Notes: a model not told the origin generated them from the letters alone. DNA of 64,000 nucleotides from an uncultured delta proteobacterium (GCA_963785725.1 CAWAWS010000017.1:1-64000); one strand, 5' to 3'. Counted from the first letter of the stretch, positions 44,805-56,707 are shown. Numbers and translations: made by a program.

Positions 44805-46319
44805 ATGGGTGACGCGGCGAAGGTGAGTGGGCCGGATTTTTCGCAAGGAGTTGCCGCGAGCGATGTCTTGGATGGTCAGCCGCTCGTCGGCCATGTCGGC
44901 GACGACAGCGTGATGCTGGTGCGACGCGGCGATGACGTCTTGGCCGTGGGCGCGACCTGCACGCACTATTCGGGGCCGCTCGGCGACGGGCTCGTCGTCG
45001 GTGACACGGTGCGCTGTCCGTGGCACCACGCCTGCTTCGACCTGCGCACGGGCGCGGCCGTCAAGGCGCCGGCGCTGAGCCCCATCGCCTGCTACGACGT
45101 CAGCATCAGCGAAGGCCTGGTGCGCGTAGGCGCCAAGAAGGCGGCGCCGGGCTTGCCCGAGTCGCCGCTCGGTGCGCCTAAGTCGATCGTGATCGTCGGC
45201 GCGGGCGCGGCCGGCCAGGCGTGCGCCGGCGAATTGCGCGCGCGCGGCTATCGCGGCCGCCTCGTGCTCATCGGCGCCGAGGACAGCCTGCCCGTCGATC
45301 GGCCCAACTTGTCCAAGGACTATTTGGCCGGCAACGCGCCCGAGGATTGGCTGCCGTTGAAGCCGCGCGAGTGGTACGCCGAGCAGGGCATCGAGCTGTC
45401 GCTGGGCGCCAAGGTGATCGCGCTCGACGTCGAGACGCGGCACCTGACGCTGGAGAACGGGCGCAGCTACGACTTCGAGCGGCTCCTGTTGGCGACGGGC
45501 GCCGAGCCGCGGCGGCTGCAGATTCCCGGCGGCGAGCGCGCGCACACGCTGCGTTCGTTGGCCGACAGCCGCGCCCTCGTCGCGCTGGCCAAGCCCGGGC
45601 AGCGCGCGGTCGTGGTGGGCGGAAGCTTCATCGGGCTGGAAGTGGCGGCGTCGCTGCGGGCGCGCCAGGTCGATGTGACGATCGTCGCGCCGGCCGGCCC
45701 GCCGCTCGGCCGCGTGCTCGGTCCCGAATTGGGCGCGTATATTCAGTCGCTGCATGAGTCGCACGGCGTGCGGTTCCGGCTGGCGATGCCGCGCGAGATC
45801 AGCGACGAAGGGGTCACGCTCGACGACGGCACGATCTTGCCCGCCGACTTCGTGGTCGCCGGCATCGGCGTCAAGCCGGCGTTGACGTTGGCAGAGGTGG
45901 CCGGATTGGCGCTCGGCGAGCGCGACGACGGCATCCTCGTCGATCCGCAGCTGCAGACGAGCGTGCCCGGCATCTTCGCCGCCGGCGACAGCGCGCGCTA
46001 TCCCGACCGCCACGGCGTGCGCCGGCGCGTCGAGCATTGGGTCGTCGCGCAGCGCATGGGTCAGACGGCGGCGCGCAACTTACTCGGCGCCAAAGAGGCG
46101 TTCAGCGAGGTGCCGTTCTTCTGGAGCCAGCATTACGACGTCGGCATCAACTACGTCGGCAGCAGCGACGGCTGGGATCGCCTGACGCTCGACGGCAAGC
46201 CGAGCGAGAACGACTGCTGCGTGCGCTTCTTCAAGGGCGACACGCTGCTGGCCGTGGCCACGATCTATCGCGATCACGAGAGCCTCGCCGCCGAACGCCA
46301 GCTCGAGCTGCAGCGGTGA
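44805..46319 (+). CDS. Rieske [2Fe-2S] plus FAD/NADH oxidoreductase fusion
   Basis: CTHY...CPWH Rieske ligands; GAGAAG; GGSFIG; VPFFWSQHY. Confidence 0.92.
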   Translation: MGDAAKVSGPDFSQGVAASDVLDGQPLVGHVGDDSVMLVRRGDDVLAVGATCTHYSGPLGDGLVVGDTVRCPWHHACFDLRTGAAVKAPALSPIACYDVSISEGLVRVGAKKAAPGLPESPLGAPKSIVIVGAGAAGQACAGELRARGYRGRLVLIGAEDSLPVDRPNLSKDYLAGNAPEDWLPLKPREWYAEQGIELSLGAKVIALDVETRHLTLENGRSYDFERLLLATGAEPRRLQIPGGERAHTLRSLADSRALVALAKPGQRAVVVGGSFIGLEVAASLRARQVDVTIVAPAGPPLGRVLGPELGAYIQSLHESHGVRFRLAMPREISDEGVTLDDGTILPADFVVAGIGVKPALTLAEVAGLALGERDDGILVDPQLQTSVPGIFAAGDSARYPDRHGVRRRVEHWVVAQRMGQTAARNLLGAKEAFSEVPFFWSQHYDVGINYVGSSDGWDRLTLDGKPSENDCCVRFFKGDTLLAVATIYRDHESLAAERQLELQR

Positions 46320-46386
46320 GCGATGGCGGAGGTGCTCAATTGACAGCCGGCCGCGCGGCAGACGATGCTGGATGTCGGAGGACTGA

Positions 46387-46581
46387 ATGAGCCTCATCCG
46401 CAGCGCGATCTGGATAGCGGTCGGACTCGGCGTCCTCGGCATCGACGTCGGTGAGAGCTGGCGCACGTGCAGCTTGCGCGACGGCCACGTGCAGGCGCAG
46501 CCGCACCATCATCGGCGTCATCATCGCCGTCATCATCGGCGCCGCCGCCACCATCGCGCGGCACCGGCGACCGAGCTGTAA
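46387..46581 (+). CDS. Small exported or anchored His/Arg-rich protein (64 aa)
   Basis: GGAGGA RBS; hydrophobic N-terminus; tail HHHRRHHRRHHRRRRHHR. Confidence 0.5.
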   Translation: MSLIRSAIWIAVGLGVLGIDVGESWRTCSLRDGHVQAQPHHHRRHHRRHHRRRRHHRAAPATEL

Positions 46582-46628
46582 GCGCACATCTACCGGCAGC
46601 GCCCGCGGCTGCCGTGCGATTCGAACGT

Positions 46629-47243
46629 CTACTGCGGCGTGATCTTCAGGTTGTCGAAGTGCAGCTCCGCTTCCCAGTCGTTGAACGCGAAGAAGCGATG
46701 GCCCGCGCCTTCGAGCGGATGGCGATCGTCGTAGCTGAGGAACGGCTTGCCGTCGATTTGCCAGTCGATGTGGCCGCCCTTGCGCGCGATGCGCCAGTGA
46801 TAATGCCGCCCGAGCTCGACGCGCACGTCGCTGCGCGTCTTGCGATCGTTGCCGTGCTCGTCGAGACGCGCGATGGCCGAGATCTGGTTGTGCCAGCCGC
46901 CGAAGATGAAGACGTAGCTCGTCGCCGTGTACGAGACGGTCTGCGCCCAGCTCTGACCGTCGCCCCAAATTTCCACCTTCAAGTCGCCGGCGGGATCGTT
47001 GGACCAGCAGTCGAGCTCGATGACGGCGTCTTCGGGGATGGGCTGCGCCAGCCACAGCGGCCGGTTGTAGCCGTGGTCGATCGTCACGGCGCCGTCGACG
47101 ATGCGCCACTTGCCGCCGCCGGGCGCGATCCAGCCCGAGCCGATGTCGGCGCGATCGAAGTTGTCGGACGACGGGCCGGCCGGCGGCAGCTTCTCCACCT
47201 TGCAGGCTCCGAGCAGCAACGCGAGCGCCAACCAACGCACCAT
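46629..47243 (-). CDS. Lipoprotein with concanavalin-like beta-sandwich domain
   Basis: Lipobox LGAC; SDNFDR...GKWRIVDG...LHFDNLKITP. Confidence 0.75.
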   Translation of the reverse strand: MVRWLALALLLGACKVEKLPPAGPSSDNFDRADIGSGWIAPGGGKWRIVDGAVTIDHGYNRPLWLAQPIPEDAVIELDCWSNDPAGDLKVEIWGDGQSWAQTVSYTATSYVFIFGGWHNQISAIARLDEHGNDRKTRSDVRVELGRHYHWRIARKGGHIDWQIDGKPFLSYDDRHPLEGAGHRFFAFNDWEAELHFDNLKITPQ

Positions 47244-47279
47244 GCGCGTTTTGTAGCACGGCGCGGCGCGCGCGGTCAG

Positions 47280-48644
47280 TCAGGCGAGCTGAGAAAAACG
47301 CGCGGCGGCGGCGGCGGCGGTCGGGCGCGCGGCGGCGTCGTCGGCGAGCAGCGCACGCAATAATTCCACGAGCGGCGCGGCTTTGGCGCCGAGCGCGGCC
47401 GTCACTGCCGGCGGCAGCGTGCCCGACCAGCGCGCGTCGCCGCGCAGGAGCGCCGCGCGATCGCCGAGCCAGCTGGCCAGCGCCGCCGTGCCGGTGACGA
47501 GCTCGACGGCGATGACGCCCGCCGCGTAGACGTCGGCCGCCGGCGACAAGACGCCGCGGCGCTGCTCGGGCGCCATGTACGCCAGTGTGCCGCGCGCGGC
47601 GCGATCGGCCGCCGCCGTGCCGTCGGCCAGCTGCGCCAGCCCGAAGTCGCCGAGCACCAGCTCGGCGTCCTCGGCCACGTCGCGAAAGAGCAGGTTCGCC
47701 GGCTTGACGTCGCCGTGCACGACGCCGTGCGCGTGCACCGCCGCCAGCGTCGACAGCAGCTCGGCCGCGCGCGCGATGGCCGACGGCGGCGACAGCGGCG
47801 ACGAGCGCAGCCGCGCCGCCAGCGACCCGCCCGCGCACAGCTCCATCGCCAACAGCTGCCGCTCTTCGTCGAGATCGTAGATGGCGACGACGCCGGGATG
47901 ATGAATCGCCGCCGCCACGCGCGCTTCGAGCCAGGCACGCGCTTGCTCGAGCCCGCGTTGCCGCGCGTGCGGATGCAGGATCTTGAGCGCCAAATCGCGG
48001 TCGAGCTCGGCGTCGCGCGCGACGTAGACGGCGCCCGACGCGCCGCGGCCGAGCTCGCGCACCAGCCGCCAGCGGCCGAAGTCGGCGCCGCCTTCGGGCA
48101 GGCCGGCCAGCGTCGGCGCCGCCAGCACCGGCGCGGCGACCGGCGGCAGGCCGTGTGACAGCCGGTCGGCGCGGCCGCGCGCCTGCGGATAGTCGAGATC
48201 GACGGCCAGGATGCGCTCGAGCTGCCGGCGCGCCTCGACCTCGTCGCCGGTGCGCTCGGCGGCGTCGGCGAGCAGGAAGCGGGCGCGCAAGGCGTGCTCG
48301 CGCACCTCGGCCAGCCGCTCGAGCAGCGGTCGCGCGGTCGCGTGCTCCAGCCGATCGCACAACAGCTCCGCCAGCCGCGCCGCGACGCCGTGATCTTCCG
48401 GTTTGGCGGCCACGAAGCGGCTCAAGATGTCGATGGCCGTATGCTCGCGCCCCGTCGACAACAAGCGCTGCACGGCGGCCCAGAACTCGCGATCGCCGAC
48501 GCCGATCTTGCCTTCGTCGTTGGGATCGCTGAGGCGGCCGAGCAGGTTGCGCAGGAACGCCTCCTCGGCCGGCATCTCGGCTTCGGGCTCGACGGTGGGC
48601 TTGGGCGCGCCGAACGCATCCTTGAGCCAGCCGACGAACGACAT
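47280..48644 (-). CDS. TPR plus Ser/Thr protein kinase, non-RD type (454 aa)
   Basis: Starts MSFVGWLK, overlapping the FHA gene stop (TGATG); GRGASGAV, ALK, HGDVKPAN, DFG, GTLAYMAPE. Confidence 0.9.
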   Translation of the reverse strand: MSFVGWLKDAFGAPKPTVEPEAEMPAEEAFLRNLLGRLSDPNDEGKIGVGDREFWAAVQRLLSTGREHTAIDILSRFVAAKPEDHGVAARLAELLCDRLEHATARPLLERLAEVREHALRARFLLADAAERTGDEVEARRQLERILAVDLDYPQARGRADRLSHGLPPVAAPVLAAPTLAGLPEGGADFGRWRLVRELGRGASGAVYVARDAELDRDLALKILHPHARQRGLEQARAWLEARVAAAIHHPGVVAIYDLDEERQLLAMELCAGGSLAARLRSSPLSPPSAIARAAELLSTLAAVHAHGVVHGDVKPANLLFRDVAEDAELVLGDFGLAQLADGTAAADRAARGTLAYMAPEQRRGVLSPAADVYAAGVIAVELVTGTAALASWLGDRAALLRGDARWSGTLPPAVTAALGAKAAPLVELLRALLADDAAARPTAAAAAARFSQLA

Positions 48645-49870
48645 CAGGCGACCTCCAAGCGCTGCTCGCCGAGCTCGATGACGTCGCCGCGAATGAGCTG
48701 CACGCCGCTGGCCGCGTGCACGCCGTTCAAGTACAAGAGGCGCCCGCCGATGGGCGACAAGCGCGGACGACCGTCGATGAAGTAGAGCTCGCCCACGCCT
48801 TCGACGTCGAGCGCGCCCGAAGAAGCCGACAGTCGCAGGCCGCGATCGAGGCCGCGCGTGACCTCGAGGTGCAGCGTCTCGCCGTCGACGCGGTAGGCGA
48901 TCGCGCATAATTCGCCGAGGCCGATCTCGCCCGCTTCGCCGAGCGGCAAGGTGCCGGCGATGCGCACGCCCGCCAGCGTCGTGCCGTTCTTGGAGTCGTG
49001 GTCGACGAGGGCGAAGCGGCCGTCGGCGGCGAGGATGATGACGTCGGCGTGGCGGCGCGAGATGCCGGCGTCGCGCAAGGGCAGGGCGCAGCCGGCGTCG
49101 CGGCCGAGGCCGAGCGGGAAGGCGCCGACGTAGCGCCGCTCGCGCGCTTGTCCGGCGGCGCCGGCGCGCAGGCCGAGCGCGCCGTCGGCGATGAGCTTGG
49201 CCTCGAGCTCCTCGCGCAGTCGCTGATAGGACGCGCGATCGCGGGTCAATTCGGCCAGGCGGTCGGCGGACACCGTCGTCTTCGCCGGCAGCGCCGTCTC
49301 GGCGCACTGGCGGATGGCCTCCAGCGCGCGATCGCGCTCGCCCGCGGCCAGCGCCAGCTTGTACTCCTCGAACGACTCGTGGACGCGCTCTTCGCGCTTG
49401 CGCCGCTGCTCCTCGCGCGCCAACACCGACTCGAGGCGCTCGACGTCGCCGGCGCGCTGATAGGCTTCGGCCGCCTGCAATTCCTCGCCGATGAACTCGT
49501 GGCACTCGCCGGCGCCGCCGTGATCGCCGACGTCGCCGAAGAGCTGCGCCGCCTCGCGCACGACCTGCTTCTCGGGCTCGCCGACGATCGACGACACGCG
49601 CGCCCAGCCGAACAGCGCCCGAGCGATGCGTTTGCGCGCCTGCTGACCGTCGGGCTCGGTCGGGTCGGTCCAGCGGATGGCGGCGCGCAATTCGTGCAGC
49701 TTGGCCGCCGGCGACGGCGCGCGCTCGGCGCGCAGGAGGTGCATCTCGGCCACTTTGACGCGCTCGCCGGCCAAGGCATAGGCGCGGGCGGCCTCGGCGT
49801 AGTCGCCGGCGGCCTCGGCAGCGACGGCGCGCCGGAAGTCGGCCGAGAACATGCGCTTGAAGAAAGTCAC
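48644..49870 (-). CDS. TPR/helical-repeat plus FHA domain protein (408 aa)
   Basis: GDYAEAARAY...AAEAYQRAGD repeats; FHA motifs LGRD, GISRRHA, DHDSKNGT. GTG start has TATGCT 8 nt upstream. Confidence 0.85.
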   Translation of the reverse strand: MTFFKRMFSADFRRAVAAEAAGDYAEAARAYALAGERVKVAEMHLLRAERAPSPAAKLHELRAAIRWTDPTEPDGQQARKRIARALFGWARVSSIVGEPEKQVVREAAQLFGDVGDHGGAGECHEFIGEELQAAEAYQRAGDVERLESVLAREEQRRKREERVHESFEEYKLALAAGERDRALEAIRQCAETALPAKTTVSADRLAELTRDRASYQRLREELEAKLIADGALGLRAGAAGQARERRYVGAFPLGLGRDAGCALPLRDAGISRRHADVIILAADGRFALVDHDSKNGTTLAGVRIAGTLPLGEAGEIGLGELCAIAYRVDGETLHLEVTRGLDRGLRLSASSGALDVEGVGELYFIDGRPRLSPIGGRLLYLNGVHAASGVQLIRGDVIELGEQRLEVA

Positions 49871-49924
49871 GGCGCCACAGCATACCGCGTTGAACGCAAG
49901 GTGCAGCCACCGTAAGATAAAGTC

Positions 49925-51437
49925 GTGCTCGAACCCGTCGCCCTGAACCAGACCCGGTTCAACGTGCCCGGCATCGCCCCCGACAACCGCGGTGTCGTGC
50001 TCGGCAAGCAGGGCGCGCTCTTGTTCGCGTCGGTCGATCGCCTGGTCGGCTTCTTTCGCATCTTTTGTGACGAGTCGTCGATGGACGATCTGTTGCCGAA
50101 GCTGAAGATCCACCAGCTGCGCACGCCGCTCATGGCGCGCGAGTTCCTCGTGCTGTTCGCGGCGTCGAGCTCGTATCTGCTCGATCGCGCGGCGCGAATC
50201 GCCGGCCTCCTCGGAGGGCTGCCCTTCACCGGCTCGGGCAAGCACTTCGTGAAGTATCGCGACACGCAGTCGCCGCTCGGCTTCGACGCGACGGCGCTGT
50301 CGACGGAGCCGGCCGACTTCGTGCTCTACGCGGACACGTTTACGCAGGGCTATCAGAAGGTCAAAGACGTGCCGTTCGAGCAGCTCGTCTTTCAGCTGTC
50401 ACCGCGGCGTTTGCCGGGCAGCGCCCGACGACGATCTGCAGGACCGCGAGCTGCTCTGGCTGACCGTTCGTCCCGGCCTCGGGCGCGCGATTTTGACCTA
50501 TTTGTGGCGCAATCGCGTGCGCGCCGAGGCCACGTTCGTGCAGCCGGCGCAGACGGCGGCGGGCGCGGGCAGCTTCGGGCAGGGCGCGTCGTTCGTGCTC
50601 ATTCGCGCGCACGAGCTGCCGGCGCGCATGCTGACGCTGTTTGCCGCCGTGCCCGGCGTCGAGATCTTCCGCCCCGTCGCCGAGAACGTCGTCGTGCAGG
50701 TCGGCTTTCGGCATCCGCTGCGGCTCGAGTCGTGCGCGTCGATCTTCGACAAAGAGCGCTTCTACGTGTTCTCGGGCACGCGCGACGCCGTCGACGTCTT
50801 GATGGCGCCGCCGCCGCTGGTGCCGGCGACCGACCTCATCGGCGGCGGCTTCGATTTGGGCGAGCGGCCGGCGCCGATCGAGCAGATGCCGCGCGAGCCC
50901 GACAAGCTCGAAGTGCAGCTCAAGCTCGTGCCCGCGCAGTCGGCCCGCCGCCGCGTGACCGCGACGCTGGTGTCGTGGGCGCACGCCGACCGGCTGCGCA
51001 AGCTGGTCTACGCGCTGCCGCCGACGATGCTGGCGACCTATCGCGTGGCCGCCTTGACCGAAGGGCTGTTCGTCGTCGGCGAGCAGGGCATCGACGGCCT
51101 GCCCATCGGCGACCTGTTTCAGGAGGCGGCGCCGTCGATCTTCGTGCCGCTGGGCATGGAGTTTCTGCCGCGCGTCGGCGCCGCCGTGCTCACCGATCAT
51201 GTCGGCGGCGTCAACGGTCGCTACGTCGTGTTCCCGCATCATGGCCGCCCGCTCGCGCTCGAGCACGGCGCGTTCGAGCCGCTCGGCCGGCGCGCGCTGG
51301 CGCGGCTCGACGTCGAGGTGCGCACGCGCGACGTGCGCCTGCCGCCGCCGCGCGCGACGACGCCGGCGACGGTCGTCAACGAAGAGCTGTCGGCGCTGCC
51401 GCTGTGGGGATTCCAAGGAAATCCCAAGGTCGAATGA
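49925..51437 (+). CDS. Uncharacterised MoxR/vWA-locus protein (~503 aa), +1 frameshift at ~50425
   Basis: Removing one C at 50424-50426 joins ORF 49925 to DDDLQDRELLWLTVRPGLGRAILTYLWRN (ORF ending 51437). Resembles, from recall only, accessory X domains of FtsH/MoxR ternary systems. Confidence 0.7.
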
Positions 51438-52000
51438 GCCGCGGCGCCGTCGTCACGATCGCCGTCATCCTCGTCGTCGTGTCGGCCGCCTCGGCGCACG
51501 CCGAGACCGGCTGGGCCGGCTCGGTGCGGCTCGGCGTCGGCGCGCCGCTCGATTACGCGCGCGCCGGCCAAGCCAACGTCGACATGGCGCTCAATATCCA
51601 CCTCATCATCCGGCCCGGCGCTTACGACGAAACGTGGGGCGGCGGCCCGTTCATCGACGCGCACACGCTCGGCTTCTCGCGCCACGACATCACCGCCGGC
51701 GCCGGCGTCTCGACGCCCGACTACATGGGCCTGTTCGCCGGCGGGCTGCGCATCGGCGCCGGCTACCGCTGGCTCAGCGACGACCGCACCGGCGGCATCG
51801 TGCACACGACGTTCGTCTTCGGCTTCCGCATCCCAATCAAGAACCACGAAGAGCTGGTCCTCGGCATCTACGCCGACGCGCGCGTGCTCCTCGAGCATCA
51901 CCCGACGAGCGAGCTGACGTCGGGCCTCGAGATCGATCCCGTCGGCATCTTGGCGGCGCTGTTTCAAGGCACGAAATGGGAACCGAAGACTAAGCCATGA
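51434..52000 (+). CDS. Hypothetical secreted or outer-membrane beta-strand protein (188 aa)
   Basis: Signal peptide ending ASAHA; amphipathic beta-strands; ATGA overlaps at both ends. Confidence 0.75.
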   Translation: MSRGAVVTIAVILVVVSAASAHAETGWAGSVRLGVGAPLDYARAGQANVDMALNIHLIIRPGAYDETWGGGPFIDAHTLGFSRHDITAGAGVSTPDYMGLFAGGLRIGAGYRWLSDDRTGGIVHTTFVFGFRIPIKNHEELVLGIYADARVLLEHHPTSELTSGLEIDPVGILAALFQGTKWEPKTKP

Positions 52001-53136
52001 AGTTCGCGCCCGCGCGCTGGCTGCATAACTTCGTCCTGCCGCTGATCGCCGGCGGCGACGTGCGCGTGGCGATGGTCTTGGGCGCGCGCGAGCTCCGGCA
52101 GCTCAAGGACAGCGACTTCGACAACGACGAGAACGGCCAGCGCATCGGCGAAGCGCGCCACGCCATCGTCTCCGAGCTGCTCATCTCGCCGCCCGAGCCC
52201 GAGCTCGACGAAGACGCGCTGCGCTTGGCGGCGGCCATGCAAAACCTGCTGTTTCTGCTGCATCCGGGCACGGCCGCGCTCGGCGTGACGCGGCGCCGGC
52301 TGCGCGCGGTCTCGGCCTACACCGCCGAGCTGGCGACGCTGCATCTGCCCGAAGCCGACGAGGAGGGCGCGCGCATCTTGGCCGCCCGTCACTCGATCTT
52401 GCACCACCTGTTCGACCTCGGTCGCGACGACGTGCGCGTCAGCTTTTGGGCCGGCAAGCGCGAATTCCGCGGCGCCGAGCCGCCGCCGCGCCTGCTCAAA
52501 TGGGCCGACGTGCGCCGCGTGCGCGAGGAGCGCTGGCGCATCACCGTCGCCGGCGAGGCGATGGCCGATCCGCTGTACAAGCCGATCGTGGCCGCGCTCT
52601 TGGCCTCGTCGCCGCTGACCGATCTGTTCGAGCCGGCGCGCCTCGAGCCGCGCTTCGACCTGTTGCATCTGGCGCGCTGGCTCCGGCAGCCGTCGCTGGC
52701 GCGCGCCGTCGCCGACCGCTGGCTGTCGGCCGGTCTGCCGCAAGTCGCCGGCGCCTACACGGCGGCGCTGATGGCGCTGTACAACGAAAAAGACACGCGG
52801 GCGCGATTGGCCGCGCGCACGGCGACGTCGTTCGCCGCGCACGTGCAGCTCCTGCATCTGCTCGGCCGCCGCGCGCCGATGGGCGAGCGCGAGCACCTGC
52901 TCGATCTGCAAGGCCTCGTGCAGGCGCAGCCGGGCTTGCGCGACTTCTACGGCCTGTTCGCTGCCGCCCAGCGCGTCGGCCTCGGCCGTCCGACCGACGT
53001 CGCCCGCGATCCGCGCCTCGCGGCCGAGGTCGACCGCTACGCCGCCGCCTGTGCCACGCTCGTCGGCCACAATCGCCTGCTCGAGCTCATCGGCGTCATG
53101 GGCCGCGGCCTCGGCCAGCTGCAGCTCATGCCCTAG
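51997..53136 (+). CDS. Uncharacterised helical MoxR/vWA-locus protein (379 aa)
   Basis: Strong codon bias; FVLPLIAGG, NLLFLLHP, ARHS, PPPRLLKWADVRRV, SPLTDL. No family assigned with certainty. Confidence 0.75.
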   Translation: MKFAPARWLHNFVLPLIAGGDVRVAMVLGARELRQLKDSDFDNDENGQRIGEARHAIVSELLISPPEPELDEDALRLAAAMQNLLFLLHPGTAALGVTRRRLRAVSAYTAELATLHLPEADEEGARILAARHSILHHLFDLGRDDVRVSFWAGKREFRGAEPPPRLLKWADVRRVREERWRITVAGEAMADPLYKPIVAALLASSPLTDLFEPARLEPRFDLLHLARWLRQPSLARAVADRWLSAGLPQVAGAYTAALMALYNEKDTRARLAARTATSFAAHVQLLHLLGRRAPMGEREHLLDLQGLVQAQPGLRDFYGLFAAAQRVGLGRPTDVARDPRLAAEVDRYAAACATLVGHNRLLELIGVMGRGLGQLQLMP

Positions 53137-53222
53137 CTAGCCGCAAATCTTAGTCCCGCACGGGCTTCACAAGTGTTGCCAAGTCGCGTCTCGCGACGAA
53201 AAACGCGGTATGCTATGCGGCA

Positions 53223-54421
<1,199 letters not shown>

Positions 54422-54425
<4 letters not shown>

Positions 54426-54763
54426 AAGTGATCGTCTTCGACGACGTCTTGTGCGGCCGCGCCCGCGAATACGAGGTGGCCAACCTCGACTTGCATTTTT
54501 ATGCGCACGCCGACGAAGCCGTGGCCATCGTCGCGCGCGAAAAGCCCGACGTCGTGCTCATGGACTATTCGATGGACGCGAAACACTCCGGCGAAGACGC
54601 CATTCGCGCCTTACGTTCAGCAGGGATGCCGGGCGGCGGCAAGATCGTCGCCATCTCCTCCGATCCACGCTCGAACGAACGCATGCTGACGGCCGGCGCC
54701 GACGACGCGATCCCGAAGACGCACGTAAAAGGTTATTTGTCTCGACTATCGAAGTTGAAATGA
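54422..54763 (+). CDS. Single-domain response regulator (REC)
   Basis: VIVFDD, PDVVLMD, VAISS, GADDAIPK; ATGA overlap with the MoxR stop. Confidence 0.8.
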
Positions 54764-54776
54764 ATCGATATTCGTC

Positions 54777-56258
54777 ATGATCGCAGCCGAAAAACGTCAT
54801 TCGCATTTGGCGCGTCAAGTCGGGACGCTGGCGCTCAGCCATGTGCGCACGACGAACCCGATGGCGGCCGTGCGCGCCGCGGCCTGGGCGAACACGATGG
54901 GCCGCCTCGGCGTGCATTTGCCGCTGTTCGTCGTGCACGACGTCGGCCTCTTGTTGACGGCGCCGCGCGGCGCCGGCGGCGTGCAGCTCGGCCCGCGCGA
55001 GCCGCTCTTGGCCGCCGTCGGCCTCGGCGACGAAGCGCGCGGCTTACTGCGGCAATATGGCGCGTTATTGGCGACGATCGCGGCCTCGGAGGTCGTCGAG
55101 AAGGCGACGTCGTGGCGGCTGCGCGACGATCTGGTCTCGGTGCTGCTGACGAAGATCTTGGGCGACCTCTATCATCGCTGGCAAGAGCCGACCAAGAGTG
55201 TCGGCGTCGAAGAGCTGCCGCTCGATCCGCAGACCTACGCCGATGCCGACTTGGCGCAGCACTTTCGCGACTTCGACGCCGCGCCCATCATCGGCTTTCT
55301 GCGCTTCTTCGCGTCGCAGCAGCTGCATGTGTATACGTCGCTCGAGCAGATCGATCTCGACACGTTGCGCCTGCTCGGCGTCTTCAACGGCGGCGCCAAC
55401 ATGGGCGGCGGCGTCGAGGCGGCGGCGATCGATCTCGTCGATCTGTTCGGCGTCTTTCAGTCGGCGGAGGCGAACGACGTCGTCAACTTCTCGCTCGAGC
55501 TGTTGCCGTCGGTCTTGGAGACGAAGCGCGCGTCGGGCGTGCAGACGTTCGCCGTCGACGGTTACGCGGCCATCGAACGGCGCGGCAACTTGGATTCGCT
55601 GATGCTGTCCGAGTTCGCTTACGACGACGACCTGTTCGAGCGCAAAGTCATCGACGACGAGCTCTACTATTACGGCCACGAAAAGCAGCGCGAAGAAGAG
55701 CGCCGGCTGCAATACATCCTCGTCGACAGCTCGCCGTCGATGCGCGGCGTGCGCCAAGTCTTCGCGCGCGGCTTGGCGCTGACGCTGGCCAAGAAGCTGT
55801 CGCTCGAAGGCGATGAAGTGTGGCTGCGCTTCTTCGATTCGCGGCTATACGACACGCAAAAGGTGCAGCACGGCGATTTGGCGGCGCCTTATTTGTTGTG
55901 CTTCAAGTCGGAGCGTGGACGCAATTACGCCAAAGTGTTTCGCCAGCTGGCGCTCGAGTTGCAGCGTCTGCGGCGCGAAGATCGGCGCCAGCTCGTCGTC
56001 TACATTCTCACGCACGGGCAGTGCCATATCCCCGTCGAAGTCGTGCAGCAAATGCGACGCGAGGCCTATTTGTACGGCATTTTCATCCTGCCGTCGTCCG
56101 ACGTCAGCCTCGAATATCTCGACCTCTTGCATCGCCATCAAATCGTCGACGAGCAGACGCTGCAGAGCCGCAATCGCCGGCGCGACAAGGCGCTCGACAT
56201 CATCAACGACGCGGGCGGCCGTCCGCCCGATCCCCAAAAGAAGGCAGTGGCGAAATGA
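54777..56258 (+). CDS. vWA-domain protein (ViaA-like MoxR partner)
   Basis: RRGNLDSLMLSE, ELYYY, MIDAS ILVDSSPSMRG, WLRFFDS, YILTHGQ. Confidence 0.85.
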   Translation: MIAAEKRHSHLARQVGTLALSHVRTTNPMAAVRAAAWANTMGRLGVHLPLFVVHDVGLLLTAPRGAGGVQLGPREPLLAAVGLGDEARGLLRQYGALLATIAASEVVEKATSWRLRDDLVSVLLTKILGDLYHRWQEPTKSVGVEELPLDPQTYADADLAQHFRDFDAAPIIGFLRFFASQQLHVYTSLEQIDLDTLRLLGVFNGGANMGGGVEAAAIDLVDLFGVFQSAEANDVVNFSLELLPSVLETKRASGVQTFAVDGYAAIERRGNLDSLMLSEFAYDDDLFERKVIDDELYYYGHEKQREEERRLQYILVDSSPSMRGVRQVFARGLALTLAKKLSLEGDEVWLRFFDSRLYDTQKVQHGDLAAPYLLCFKSERGRNYAKVFRQLALELQRLRREDRRQLVVYILTHGQCHIPVEVVQQMRREAYLYGIFILPSSDVSLEYLDLLHRHQIVDEQTLQSRNRRRDKALDIINDAGGRPPDPQKKAVAK

Positions 56259-56707
56259 TATTCTTACTTTTGCTCGGCCTGTTTTCTTATGACGAGGTTT
56301 TGCATACCGACATCATCGTGCACGCCAAGATCCGCTGGTCGAAGCTCGACGGCGGCGAGCGCGTGTTCGTCGAGATCGCCGGCGGCGAAGCCAAGCGCGT
56401 CAATCCCGGCTGGTCGCCCGATCCGCAGCCGATCGCCTACGACATCGCGCGCGAACGCGATCTGTCGCGCTCGCTGAAGGCCGCGCGTTTGCCGGCGTCG
56501 ACCGGGCACCCGTCGGAGGCGCCCGACGACCGCACGCTCGAAGTCATCGTCGAGGACGCCAAAGGCTGGCACTCTGCCGGCGTCTGGTCGCTGTCGGTCA
56601 AGGCCTGGCAAAAAGGCCGCCTCGGCTCGATCTACGACGCGCTCGAGCCGCTCTTGAAAGTGCAGCCCGACCTCTTCGGCACCGGCACCAAAGGCGGACA
56701 TCCGTGA
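56255..56707 (+). CDS. Hypothetical secreted protein (150 aa)
   Basis: Hydrophobic N-terminus MIFLLLLGLFS; overlapping start and stop at both ends. Confidence 0.7.
   Translation: MIFLLLLGLFSYDEVLHTDIIVHAKIRWSKLDGGERVFVEIAGGEAKRVNPGWSPDPQPIAYDIARERDLSRSLKAARLPASTGHPSEAPDDRTLEVIVEDAKGWHSAGVWSLSVKAWQKGRLGSIYDALEPLLKVQPDLFGTGTKGGHP

Noticed and set aside
49925..52000. Single 691-aa fusion protein as given in the ORF track
   Set aside because: The middle is off-frame Arg-rich text caused by the +1 C at ~50425; the ends belong to two different genes.
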